From positions 142,291 to 206,290 of IMG/VR virus record IMGVR_UViG_3300044551_000092: DNA of 64,000 nucleotides. One strand, 5' to 3'. The notes beneath the pieces are model-generated. The model made no database searches and was not told the origin of the DNA. It was given only the letters and a program-made list of their open reading frames with translations. Shown one piece after another: positions 29,498-38,112 of this stretch; within the stretch, counting starts at the first letter, position 1, and every line of letters starts with the position of its first letter. The stretch comes from a virus. Lineage: Duplodnaviria > Caudoviricetes. Both the position numbers and the translations under genes were made by a program.

Positions 29498-30634
29498 ATG
29501 GTAGTTTATTTAGGAACAGACCTTTCACATCATAACTATGCCACGCGGTCAGATGGATCGTTTATTCAGTCATCTATCGATTTTCAACAATTAAAAAAAG
29601 CAGCCAGCTTTGTGATTGCCAAATGTACGGAGGGATCGGAGGCCGGGTCGCACTTTTATGACAATACTTTTGCTTATACCATCACTCAAGCCAATAAGGT
29701 AGGCCTCATGACACATGCTTATCATTATTTTCGTGGCATATCTGAAAATGATGCTCGAGCCGAAGCCCGCTGGACAGAAAAGAACTTGCGTAAAGCAAAA
29801 GTAAAAGGGCAAATTTTCTGTGACGTTGAAGACAACTCACTTATCCATAATAAAAGCAAACTCACAAAATATGTGGCAGCTTATTTTGACGAGTTATATC
29901 GACTGGGTTATAAAAAACTAGGACTATATGTCAACCTAAATTTCTATCGAAATTTTATTGATTATCAAGCTCTGAAAAAAGAATTTCCAGGCCTGCTGCT
30001 TTGGTTGGCCAGGTATAACTTTGAAGCAGGTTATAAGGTAGATGTCTGGCAATTCACTAGTACCAAAAAAATTCGTGGTGTTGATGATCCGACCGTTGAT
30101 TTGGATTATGCCTATACTAATGAAATGGTGGATGTGAAAGCAGCTAAAGATACCTCAAAAAAATCTGCTGTTTCTAAAATTGTTGATAAAGTTAAGAAGA
30201 CAGTGACTTCGCGAAAGACACATAAGATCAAATCTGGAGATACGCTTTGGGAAATTGCGCAATCCCTAAAAGGAGTATCAGTCTCTGACCTTATCCGTTG
30301 GAATCCCGGAGTAAATCCACAAGCACTTAGAATCGGTTCAAAAATTTATATCGAAGGACCAAAAGCTACAAATAAAAAGAAAACGGCTAAAATTTCTTTA
30401 CCCGGCGGTATTCTGAAAAGAGGGAGTCGCGGGAAAGATGTTTTAACCCTACAAAAAGCGCTAGTCAAAGCAAACTTCTATCCGAATAAACACGTTAAGA
30501 ACAACGGCTGTGATGGCATCTTTGGGCCAGACACTGAAGATGCTGTGCGCCGATTCCAAAGTGTTTACTGCAATCCGGCAGATGGTATCTATGGGCCAAA
30601 GACCAGAGCAGCGTTACTGAAAAAACTTAGCTAA
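29498..30634 (+). CDS. Endolysin: GH25 muramidase + LysM + peptidoglycan-binding domain
   Basis: GTDLSHHN, KCTEG, HAYHYF, CDVE, WLARY, WQFT; HKIKSGDTLWEIA (LysM); GS.G.DV..LQ..L..DGIFG..T..AVRRFQ. Confidence 0.92.
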   Translation: MVVYLGTDLSHHNYATRSDGSFIQSSIDFQQLKKAASFVIAKCTEGSEAGSHFYDNTFAYTITQANKVGLMTHAYHYFRGISENDARAEARWTEKNLRKAKVKGQIFCDVEDNSLIHNKSKLTKYVAAYFDELYRLGYKKLGLYVNLNFYRNFIDYQALKKEFPGLLLWLARYNFEAGYKVDVWQFTSTKKIRGVDDPTVDLDYAYTNEMVDVKAAKDTSKKSAVSKIVDKVKKTVTSRKTHKIKSGDTLWEIAQSLKGVSVSDLIRWNPGVNPQALRIGSKIYIEGPKATNKKKTAKISLPGGILKRGSRGKDVLTLQKALVKANFYPNKHVKNNGCDGIFGPDTEDAVRRFQSVYCNPADGIYGPKTRAALLKKLS

Positions 30635-30643
30635 AATTTAAGA

Positions 30644-30676
30644 AATAAAGAGGGGACGCGTTCCCCTTATTTTTTT
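30644..30676 (+). terminator. Rho-independent terminator
   Basis: AGGGGA-cgcgt-TCCCCT hairpin followed by a T-rich tail. Confidence 0.65.
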
Positions 30677-30691
30677 ATGGAGGGATTGAAG

Positions 30692-30946
30692 ATGAAATTT
30701 ACAGTTTCATGGAATGTGATCTTCAACATTCTGTATGTCCTGTTTACGATGGGCTTATTGTGGGTGATTAATCATTTTGTGGGATCAACATTTGCTCTAC
30801 TTATCGGTTTTGGCATTTTACTAAAACAAGGATTAGATATCGAAGATCGGGTTAATGCCACGTTCGAACTGACCCAAAAAACCAATACTCGGCAGGAGGG
30901 GCTGTTTTCATGGATGAATACCTTCAGACGACAGAAGCATATCTAA
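30692..30946 (+). CDS. Small membrane protein
   Basis: Two hydrophobic segments; RBS GGAGGG. Confidence 0.5.
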   Translation: MKFTVSWNVIFNILYVLFTMGLLWVINHFVGSTFALLIGFGILLKQGLDIEDRVNATFELTQKTNTRQEGLFSWMNTFRRQKHI

Positions 30947-31149
30947 GAGTCATACAAGGCATATTAACGAAACAGCAACAGGGAAAAGCTGAAATTCTGA
31001 TTGATGAACTTTATGACAAGATAAGGGAAATCTGTGAACGAGAAAAACTATCAGTATTAGAAATGATGCATATCATTCTGAAAGCTAATTTCATCGTTTT
31101 ACAAGCCTGTAGAAATGACATAGAGGATAAAAAGAAAAAGGAGAATTAA
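30910..31149 (+). CDS. Hypothetical protein
   Basis: RBS AGGAGGGG. Confidence 0.5.
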   Translation: MDEYLQTTEAYLRVIQGILTKQQQGKAEILIDELYDKIREICEREKLSVLEMMHIILKANFIVLQACRNDIEDKKKKEN

Positions 31150-31150
31150 A

Positions 31151-31711
31151 ATGAACGATGTTTTTCATTATCCGCTCATATGCTTTTTAGGTCCATCGGG
31201 AGTAGGGAAATCTACGATTGCAAAAAAAATTAACTTGCCTAAGATTCTTTCTTATCGTACAAGGCCTATTAGAAAGAATGAAAAACAAAAAAATGACGGG
31301 TATTTTATTTCAGAAGAACAATTTCAACAGATGGATCAACAAAAACGTTGGTTAGCTAAAACGACCTATGCGGGTTATCACTACGGAATTACGCAAAACG
31401 AACTAGCTATTTTAAAAATATCCCCAGCCATTTATATTGTGGACTATCCCGGTTTAACATATCTAGAAAAAATGGTTGCTATGAATAAATCAGCAGTGAG
31501 GCTAATTAGTATTTTTATCAATGCACCAAAAGAACACCTTATATCCAGGATGCAAAAAGATCAACGTGACTTAAAAAGCATTCAAGATAGGGTGACTCAA
31601 ATCGAAAAAGATCTAAAAAACAAAGACAAATGTGATTATCTAATTTCTAATATCGACTTAAAAGAAACGGTTTCAAATATTATAAAAATCATTGAACATA
31701 ACCGTCAATGA
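31151..31711 (+). CDS. gmk: Guanylate kinase-like protein
   Basis: GPSGVGKST, SYRTRP.R.NE, Y.FIS...F, YAGYHYG. Confidence 0.8.
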   Translation: MNDVFHYPLICFLGPSGVGKSTIAKKINLPKILSYRTRPIRKNEKQKNDGYFISEEQFQQMDQQKRWLAKTTYAGYHYGITQNELAILKISPAIYIVDYPGLTYLEKMVAMNKSAVRLISIFINAPKEHLISRMQKDQRDLKSIQDRVTQIEKDLKNKDKCDYLISNIDLKETVSNIIKIIEHNRQ

Positions 31712-31837
31712 AAAGGATACTATTACCAATTCATTTTTTAGAAGTATATTGAAAAAACATATTTATGGAGTTTGGTTCTATGGTAAAATGGAAAAGAAAT
31801 GAAATAATAGATAAGGTCTATTACTATAGACCTATCA

Positions 31838-32023
31838 TTGGGGGAGGAAGTCAACTTGATCTATAAGATTGTCTATTTTTCCGAGGATCATTATCAAGAA
31901 GTCAAAGCTAAGATTTTAAACGTGAATTATGATAATGGGATGATCTTAGTCACAGTTAATAACAGAGAGAAAAAACTTCTCGCCGATGATATCTTAGAAG
32001 TGACACCGCTCATGATCGCTTAA
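31838..32023 (+). CDS. YolD-like small protein
   Basis: I.YF..DHY.E....I..V......I.......L..DDIL.V pattern; paralogue of the next gene. True start may be the TTG after GGAGG. Confidence 0.55.
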   Translation: MGEEVNLIYKIVYFSEDHYQEVKAKILNVNYDNGMILVTVNNREKKLLADDILEVTPLMIA

Positions 32024-32107
32024 ACACTTAAAAATGGATAGGAAATTCAGCAGCTGATTAAAACCGTCCACATTTTAACAGTTGCTTTTTTATGCATGAA
32101 AATCAAG

Positions 32108-32136
32108 TTGAAGGCGAACGTATATTCGTGTATAAT
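32108..32136 (+). promoter_or_regulatory. SigA promoter with LexA (SOS) box in the spacer
   Basis: TTGAAG-17 bp-TATAAT with CGAACGTATATTCG at 32115-32128. Confidence 0.75.
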
Positions 32137-32173
32137 ATTCTTAGCTAATAAACCGAGGAGAGAAGTGGGCTTA

Positions 32174-32347
32174 ATGGGGGATCTAAAATGGAAAATAGTT
32201 TATGTAGATTTTGAAAAGGAGAACTATTACGAAGTCATTGCTCCCGGAGAATATAATACAGAACAACGAATCATGATTGTCAAAAGCAAAGACAAAATGC
32301 TGAAAATTCCTACCGATCATATTTTATCGGCAGAACTCATTTTTTAA
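32174..32347 (+). CDS. YolD-like small protein, SOS-regulated
   Basis: KIVYV..ENYYEV....I.......IP.DHILS; downstream of the SOS-box promoter. Confidence 0.55.
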   Translation: MGDLKWKIVYVDFEKENYYEVIAPGEYNTEQRIMIVKSKDKMLKIPTDHILSAELIF

Positions 32348-32538
32348 GACGATAAATTCTAAATAGAGAAACAAAAGCAAACGAAGTGAAATAGATATTT
32401 TAATTTCTAAAGAAATTATGCAAGGTATCATTCAAAAAACATAAAATGTGCATCCGGTTTTTTAAAGAGCCGTTTATAACAATTTTTTATTGTCTCATAA
32501 TGTTGAATCATTTTATGGTAATCGTGTATAATATGTAT

Positions 32539-32692
32539 TGAAGTTGAGTAAAAATAATACCGTTGATGGTTGCAGCCATCAACGGTTAGGCAATTCCGCA
32601 AATGAGCGGACAGCGCATCGGCAAAATCGAATATCTAATAATGATCCGCTTCAGCCACTGGACGGCATATGTAGCGGATCATTTCTTTTTAT
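32539..32692 (+). ncRNA. Type I antitoxin sRNA (RatA/SR4-like) 1
   Basis: Promoter TTGAAT-18 bp-TATAAT (32503-32532), hairpins, terminator AATGATCCGCT..AGCGGATCATT; convergent on the toxin 3' end. Ends approximate. Confidence 0.7.
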
Positions 32693-32798
32693 TTGACAGC
32701 ATCACCAGAACGCCAATGATGCCAAGAATTCCGAAAATTACGGAACAAAAAACGCCCGCAATCTGAAACGCCAACATCAAGGCCTGATAATCTGTCAC
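32679..32798 (-). CDS. Type I toxin, TxpA/BsrG-like membrane peptide 1 (39 aa)
   Basis: MTDYQALMLAFQIAGVFCSVIFGILGIIGVLVMLSNKKK; GTG start, SD AAGGGGGG with upstream anti-SD CTCCCC. Confidence 0.8.
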   Translation of the reverse strand: MTDYQALMLAFQIAGVFCSVIFGILGIIGVLVMLSNKKK

Positions 32799-32941
32799 TT
32801 GCGCCACCCCCCTTCGTTGCCGGGGAGTCACTTATCCGCTCATATGCAAATTCATTGCCACTAAAATTATAGCATATGAAAATGTTCAAGCGGGAAATTA
32901 TTAGTAAATAGATCAGAAGATAGAAAAGTTATTTGGTTAAC

Positions 32942-32975
32942 ATTACTTCGTCAAATTAACATTTTACGAAGTAAT
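32942..32975. other. lox/dif-like tyrosine-recombinase core site
   Basis: ATTACTTCGTCAA-ATTAACAT-TTTACGAAGTAAT; 13-8-13 inverted repeat, 25/34 identical to loxP by hand count. Confidence 0.6.
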
Positions 32976-33039
32976 GTTTCCAAGCCTTTATGCCAATCAT
33001 TAATAAAAATCTAAATCACACTGTCTGGCGACACACACC

Positions 33040-33252
33040 TCATTTGCTTAGCTCCCTTTTTTGGGCTTCCCGTAAATTATCCAGAAGAAAAGCCCGCTTC
33101 AAGTCTGGCCATTCTGCAAGAGCCAGCAGGGCTTCCTGAATCAGCGCGTCATAGGTTGACCGCTTGCCGGTGTGCCTGACAATCATGGCCGTATTAAACA
33201 GCATCTGACGCGTTAAATCATTAACCTTAATCGCTTTTCGCATATCTTTCAT
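33040..33252 (-). CDS. Small putative ribbon-helix-helix DNA-binding protein
   Basis: RKAIKV..LT..ML....TYDALIQEAL; RBS AAGGTG. Confidence 0.45.
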   Translation of the reverse strand: MKDMRKAIKVNDLTRQMLFNTAMIVRHTGKRSTYDALIQEALLALAEWPDLKRAFLLDNLREAQKRELSK

Positions 33253-33461
33253 AAGATCACACCTTGTTCTTTTAATTAATTTTATTGTACTACGTGAATT
33301 CGTTAAGGATAATTTTTTTCCTGACAGCCGATGCCTTGCACCCATCATCGATTTCGATCGCTAGGAAGCGTACTTCATTCCAGATTTAGAAATATTTTTC
33401 TGTATAATTCAATTCATAAATTTCATACTAAAGGATATAAAATCATAAGGATGCCGTTCTA

Positions 33462-34268
33462 TTGTTTATTCGACCAATGTTACTTCAGGAAATTGATAAA
33501 CCGTTTAATAATAAACACTGGATTACCGAATTAAAGTTTGACGGAATACGTCTGATCCTTGATCGTTCCGAAGGAATCCATCTTTACTCAAGACAAAATC
33601 ACGAATGGACAGCTGCCCTTCCCCATCTACAAAATTTAGATCTTCCACCTGGGACTGTACTTGATGGTGAACTGATTCTTCCTAACGACATCGGCCAACC
33701 AGATTTTGAAGCACTTATGGGACAATTACTGAGCGGTCGGACAATTTGTAGGGCAGTATACTGCGTTTTTGATATTCTAAAATATGCTGGAGAAACTACT
33801 CTGTCTCTTCCGCTTCTAAAAAGAAAAAAGCTTTTAAAAAGTGTTTTGTCTCAAAATGAGTCCATTATTCAGGTTCCTTTTATTTTAGGAAATGCTTTGG
33901 AGTATTTTAATGCCATTAAGCAAAAGAATCTTGAAGGAATCGTTTTGAAGAAATTAGATTCTCATTACTATCCCGGGAAAAGATCAAATGAATGGCTCAA
34001 AGTAGTTAATTATCAGTACATCAATGTTTTGATAACGGGATTTCGGAAAAACCGTTTTGGTTTGTTCCTTTCTTTTCATGACGGCTCGCCTGCTGGAATT
34101 TTGGAATTCATGGCTTCAAGAGATAAAAAAACCTTTTTTAATCTGGCGTCCCCCATTGAAGAAAAAAATTCTACTGTATTAATTCAACCTATACAATGTC
34201 AAGTTAAATACAGAAATTTAACAAAACACCAAAGATTGAGGTTGCCTGTTTTTACTCAATTTCTATAA
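33462..34268 (+). CDS. ATP-dependent DNA ligase (SPbeta LigB-like)
   Basis: PML, ELKFDGIR, VLDGE, VFDIL, EGIVLK, WLK. Confidence 0.9.
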   Translation: MFIRPMLLQEIDKPFNNKHWITELKFDGIRLILDRSEGIHLYSRQNHEWTAALPHLQNLDLPPGTVLDGELILPNDIGQPDFEALMGQLLSGRTICRAVYCVFDILKYAGETTLSLPLLKRKKLLKSVLSQNESIIQVPFILGNALEYFNAIKQKNLEGIVLKKLDSHYYPGKRSNEWLKVVNYQYINVLITGFRKNRFGLFLSFHDGSPAGILEFMASRDKKTFFNLASPIEEKNSTVLIQPIQCQVKYRNLTKHQRLRLPVFTQFL

Positions 34269-34317
34269 GCAGTTATACTAACTTGCCCCAGAATGCCGAA
34301 ATAGGTATAATAATGAC

Positions 34318-34452
34318 AGGAAGTCAGTAAAATAATACCGTTGGTGGTAGCACACCAACGGTTTGGCAACAGACTGCAAATGCAGAACCGCCACCACAGC
34401 TGAAATAATCCGCCATAGCCTTGGTCAAAAGCATAAGGGCGGATTATTTTTT
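34318..34452 (+). ncRNA. Type I antitoxin sRNA (RatA/SR4-like) 2
   Basis: Promoter TTGCCC-17 bp-TATAAT (34283-34311); same 5' hairpin as sRNA 1; terminator AATAATCCGCC..GGCGGATTATT. Confidence 0.7.
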
Positions 34453-34560
34453 ATGATCTGTTTTTGACAGCATTTCCATGATCCTTACAACAACTTCTAT
34501 TACCAAGAGAATTAAACTGGCAAATGCGATTGCAAGGGTCAGTGCTTCGTATGCTGTCAC
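34444..34560 (-). CDS. Type I toxin, TxpA/BsrG-like membrane peptide 2 (38 aa)
   Basis: MTAYEALTLAIAFASLILLVIEVVVRIMEMLSKTDHKK; GTG start, SD AAGGGGGG, anti-SD CTCCC, extended -10 TGATATAAT. Confidence 0.82.
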   Translation of the reverse strand: MTAYEALTLAIAFASLILLVIEVVVRIMEMLSKTDHKK

Positions 34561-34648
34561 GTCTATGCGCCCCCCTTCATACGGGAGTCTGCGGCATAGG
34601 CGGTCCGCTCTTTGCTTTTTCTGTGCCTTTACAAATTATATCATAATA

Positions 34649-35470
34649 TCAGCTACTTTCTTCTCTGATGAGATCATAAGCTAATAATACATAAGAAATA
34701 TATCTATCCATCCTGATGTACTTCTCTTCTTTTTTAAATGCCACGGTAGATGTTAAGAAATTACGACTGTCATTATGATTTGCAGTTGAAACTGTGTATT
34801 GAAAAACTTCTGGAGAGACATAAAATTTATATTTATGTTGCTTTAATTTTTTGAATGTCATATTAGTAATCTTTTCTTTATTTTTACTCCAATCTGATAA
34901 ATCAAGTTGACCCAATTCAGAATATAATAGTTTACTTATATGATTATTTTCTCTCACAATATGATAATTACGCAAAGTCGTATCGCTATTTTCATCTGTT
35001 AAATTCAACTTTATTGTATCTTTTGCGATATAATTCATAAAATAATCTTGTCCAAGTAGGTTAAATTCGGTCTTATCCATTTTGAAATGATCTATCCAAA
35101 TGTTCCTACGATCTTTTTGGCTCGGTATACTTAAATCAATTCTAAAAAATGGATTGCTATCAAGATCCCCCTTTTTATTTACCGGAATTTTGTTATCAAG
35201 AAATGCATACCATTTTCCGGTAAGATTAAACCATTCAGGATGTTCTGAAGCATTATCATCTGGGTTTGGTTTTGCATTTTTCTTTGCTTCTTTTTCTTCT
35301 ACTTTCTGTACATCTTTATACTTCATGGGATGTTTCATATCACGAGATTGCGAAGCTGTCGGATTTTCTTTATTTTTGTAGGTTTGTATCCTAGACTGAT
35401 AAAATTGAAATCCGGAAAGAATAAGTATAACGATGGCAACAAGCATAGTTATTTTTTTCACCCTGTACAC
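34649..35470 (-). CDS. Membrane-anchored or secreted hypothetical protein
   Basis: KK followed by a hydrophobic N-terminal segment; AT-rich gene. Confidence 0.6.
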   Translation of the reverse strand: MYRVKKITMLVAIVILILSGFQFYQSRIQTYKNKENPTASQSRDMKHPMKYKDVQKVEEKEAKKNAKPNPDDNASEHPEWFNLTGKWYAFLDNKIPVNKKGDLDSNPFFRIDLSIPSQKDRRNIWIDHFKMDKTEFNLLGQDYFMNYIAKDTIKLNLTDENSDTTLRNYHIVRENNHISKLLYSELGQLDLSDWSKNKEKITNMTFKKLKQHKYKFYVSPEVFQYTVSTANHNDSRNFLTSTVAFKKEEKYIRMDRYISYVLLAYDLIREESS

Positions 35471-35543
35471 CTCAAATAGTCAAATGGTCTATAAGTTATT
35501 ATAACCACTAAATGGTATATAATAGAAGCGCTTTCCGCATATG

Positions 35544-35595
35544 CGAACATATGTTTTTATTTTCCAGTGAAGAAGAACACATATTCGCATATAAT
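35544..35595 (+). promoter_or_regulatory. Two LexA boxes over the SRAP-polymerase promoter
   Basis: CGAACATATGTTTT (35544-35557) and AGAACACATATTCG (35574-35587); -10 TATAAT at 35590-35595. Confidence 0.75.
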
Positions 35596-35641
35596 ATACC
35601 TTGATAAGGTTATGCTGATTATAAAAAGGAGGAATTGTAAA

Positions 35642-36328
35642 ATGTGCGGGCGTTACACGTTAATTGCTCCATTTGTACAAGTTATACGACGGTTTAATAC
35701 TCCTAAGCATCCCAGTGATGCGGAATATCAGGCTAACTACAATGTAGCTCCGGGCCAACCAATTCTCTGCATAATCAATGATGGCAAAGAAAACAGATTG
35801 GGCTATCTACGCTGGGGCCTTATCCCTCACTGGGCAAAAGATACAAAGATTGGCTATAAAATGATTAATGCTCGTGCTGAAACAGTGTCTACGAGACCGG
35901 CCTATCGAGCTGCCTTCAAAAAACGCCGCTGTCTAATCGTAGCGGACAGTTTCTACGAATGGCGACACGATACAATGAGTAAAACCAAAATGCCCTTGCG
36001 GTTTATGCTGAAGTCTGGCGAGATGTTTGGTATGGCCGGACTATGGGAGCGCTGGAGCGCGCCTGACGGGCAGGTCATTTATTCGGCTACCATCATTACG
36101 ACAAAAGCTAATTCAATCATGGCGCCGATACACGACCGCATGCCGGTTATTCTGCGTCCTGAAGACGAACAGAAATGGATTAGTTCTGAGCCAGCAGGCA
36201 GCGAGCAGCTATCCCTTTTGCAGCCATATGAATCCGAAAAGATGACAGCCTACCAAGTTTCTCAAGAAGTTAATTCGCCAAGGAACAACAATAAACACTT
36301 AATCCAGCGTGTTGAGCCCAATGAGTAA
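35642..36328 (+). CDS. SOS response-associated peptidase (SRAP/HMCES, YoqW-like)
   Basis: MCGRY N-terminus, YNVAP, WGLIP, INARAE, FYEW, HDRMPVIL; RBS AGGAGG. Confidence 0.92.
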   Translation: MCGRYTLIAPFVQVIRRFNTPKHPSDAEYQANYNVAPGQPILCIINDGKENRLGYLRWGLIPHWAKDTKIGYKMINARAETVSTRPAYRAAFKKRRCLIVADSFYEWRHDTMSKTKMPLRFMLKSGEMFGMAGLWERWSAPDGQVIYSATIITTKANSIMAPIHDRMPVILRPEDEQKWISSEPAGSEQLSLLQPYESEKMTAYQVSQEVNSPRNNNKHLIQRVEPNE

Positions 36329-37556
36329 CAAAGTTATTTTCTTGGTGGATATGCAGACGTTTTATGCTAGTTGCGAAAAAGCTGCACACCCGGAATGGAG
36401 AAATAAGCCGGTAATTGTGGCCGGCGATCCCGAGCAGCGCTCCGGCATCGTCCTGGCGGCTGACCCGATCGCCAAGAGGAAATACGGTGTCAAAACCGCT
36501 GAGTTTGTCGGTCAAGCTGTATTAAAATGTCCTCAAGCCATCCTGGTGCGTCCAAGGATGCAGCATTATATCGACGTGTCCTTACAGATTACGGAGATAT
36601 TTGAATCATTCACCGACCTGGTCGAACCTTATTCCATTGACGAGCAATTTCTCGACGTGACCGGGAGCCAGCGACTATTTGGTTCACCAATCGAGATTGC
36701 ACGAAAAATTCAGCAAAAAATCATGAAGAATACCGGTATCTATGCGCGCGTCGGCATCGGGCCCAATAAGGTGCTCGCTAAAATGGCCTGCGATAATTTT
36801 GCCAAGCATAACGAAACTGGAATCTTTGAACTGAACCACAACAATATAAAAAAGAATTTATGGCCTCTGCCGATAAACTGTGCGTTCGGAATTGGCAATA
36901 GAATGGAAAGAAATCTAATTGGCATGGGAATCCGGACAATCGGCATGTTGGCCAGCTACCCGTTAGACCTATTAAAAAAGCGCTGGGGCATCAATGGCGT
37001 GGTTTTATGGCAGACGGCTAACGGGATTGACTATTCTCCCGTCACGCCTAACTCGCATGCCGAACAAAAGTCAATCGGCCGCAACATCACCCTGCCATAT
37101 GACTACACAACGGAAAAAGAAATAAAGGTTGTATTGTTGGAGCTGGCGGAAGACGTAGCTTATGTGGCCCGGCAGAAGCACTGTCGTGGGCAAGTTGTTT
37201 CGGTCGGCGTTCGCGGTGCGAACTTTGACTTTCCTACCGGCTTTTATCGGCAGACGAAGCTCCTCTACTCCACCAACTTTGGTATGGACGTGTATAAGGC
37301 ATCCTGCCGCCTATTTAAACGGTATTGGGACCGACAGCCGATCAGAAGCATTGCCGTCAGTCTTTCAACTCTCCAGCCGGCCAATTATTATCAGCTTGAT
37401 CTCTTTAATAATCTGATTAAAAAAGAGCGGTTGGCCGAAGCCGTAGACTCAATCTACAGAAAATACGGCCGCACCGCTATTTTTAGAAGTCCTTCGCTCA
37501 GTGAATATGGTCAACTCTTTAATCGCACGGAAAAGATCGGCGGGCACTGGAAATAA
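36321..37556 (+). CDS. Y-family translesion DNA polymerase (UvrX/YqjW-like)
   Basis: LVDMQTFYASCE, YSIDE, GIGPNKVLAK, QLDLF, C-terminal IGGH. Confidence 0.92.
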   Translation: MSNKVIFLVDMQTFYASCEKAAHPEWRNKPVIVAGDPEQRSGIVLAADPIAKRKYGVKTAEFVGQAVLKCPQAILVRPRMQHYIDVSLQITEIFESFTDLVEPYSIDEQFLDVTGSQRLFGSPIEIARKIQQKIMKNTGIYARVGIGPNKVLAKMACDNFAKHNETGIFELNHNNIKKNLWPLPINCAFGIGNRMERNLIGMGIRTIGMLASYPLDLLKKRWGINGVVLWQTANGIDYSPVTPNSHAEQKSIGRNITLPYDYTTEKEIKVVLLELAEDVAYVARQKHCRGQVVSVGVRGANFDFPTGFYRQTKLLYSTNFGMDVYKASCRLFKRYWDRQPIRSIAVSLSTLQPANYYQLDLFNNLIKKERLAEAVDSIYRKYGRTAIFRSPSLSEYGQLFNRTEKIGGHWK

Positions 37557-37560
37557 TATT

Positions 37561-38109
37561 CTATTTTAATAATTCAAGTAATCTAACTGTATCTTTTATC
37601 TCCTGCCGGTTTAGCATACAGAGAATATGCGTGACTGTACTTTTACTATGGCGCTGCAATTTTTTTATGGAAGCACAAATTTCATGAGACAGAAACTGGT
37701 TTAATGCATTAAGAATTGGCTCGGAAGCATAAAAACGAAGTCTTGGGTGTCCGATTTTTCCACCTAATTTACAAGTATCCAAAGTATAATGTTGAATAAA
37801 GTAGCCCTTAAAAAAAGATAACAATTCTTCATCATTTAAATTAGGGATTGTCCGCTGTTTATCGGACTTACCCGTAAATCCATGCTGTATCATCCAATGG
37901 ACATATGGATGGCTGTGAATGAGCTTTATCCGCCAAGTTGAATGGCCATGTTCTGTAACCTTGAATACCTTCTTCTGCGGGGAAACAACGTTATTCACAG
38001 TTTCTATAATAGATCTGTCGATGTTCTGAACAAGCAAAAAATCCTTATTTAAGCGGGATGTCCCCCACAGAATGCCCATAATATAATAATCTATTTTCAT
38101 TAAATTCAT
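37561..38109 (-). CDS. Degenerate double-LAGLIDADG-fold protein
   Basis: YYIMGILWG and FFKGYF helices without the following DG acidic residues. Confidence 0.5.
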   Translation of the reverse strand: MNLMKIDYYIMGILWGTSRLNKDFLLVQNIDRSIIETVNNVVSPQKKVFKVTEHGHSTWRIKLIHSHPYVHWMIQHGFTGKSDKQRTIPNLNDEELLSFFKGYFIQHYTLDTCKLGGKIGHPRLRFYASEPILNALNQFLSHEICASIKKLQRHSKSTVTHILCMLNRQEIKDTVRLLELLK

Positions 38110-38112
38110 CTC

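Noticed and set aside
32689-32889. Track ORF of 66 aa (minus strand), and likewise 34478..34684 (plus strand)
   Set aside because: Wrong-frame or antisense shadows of the type I toxin loci; the short toxin frames have the SD and family signature.
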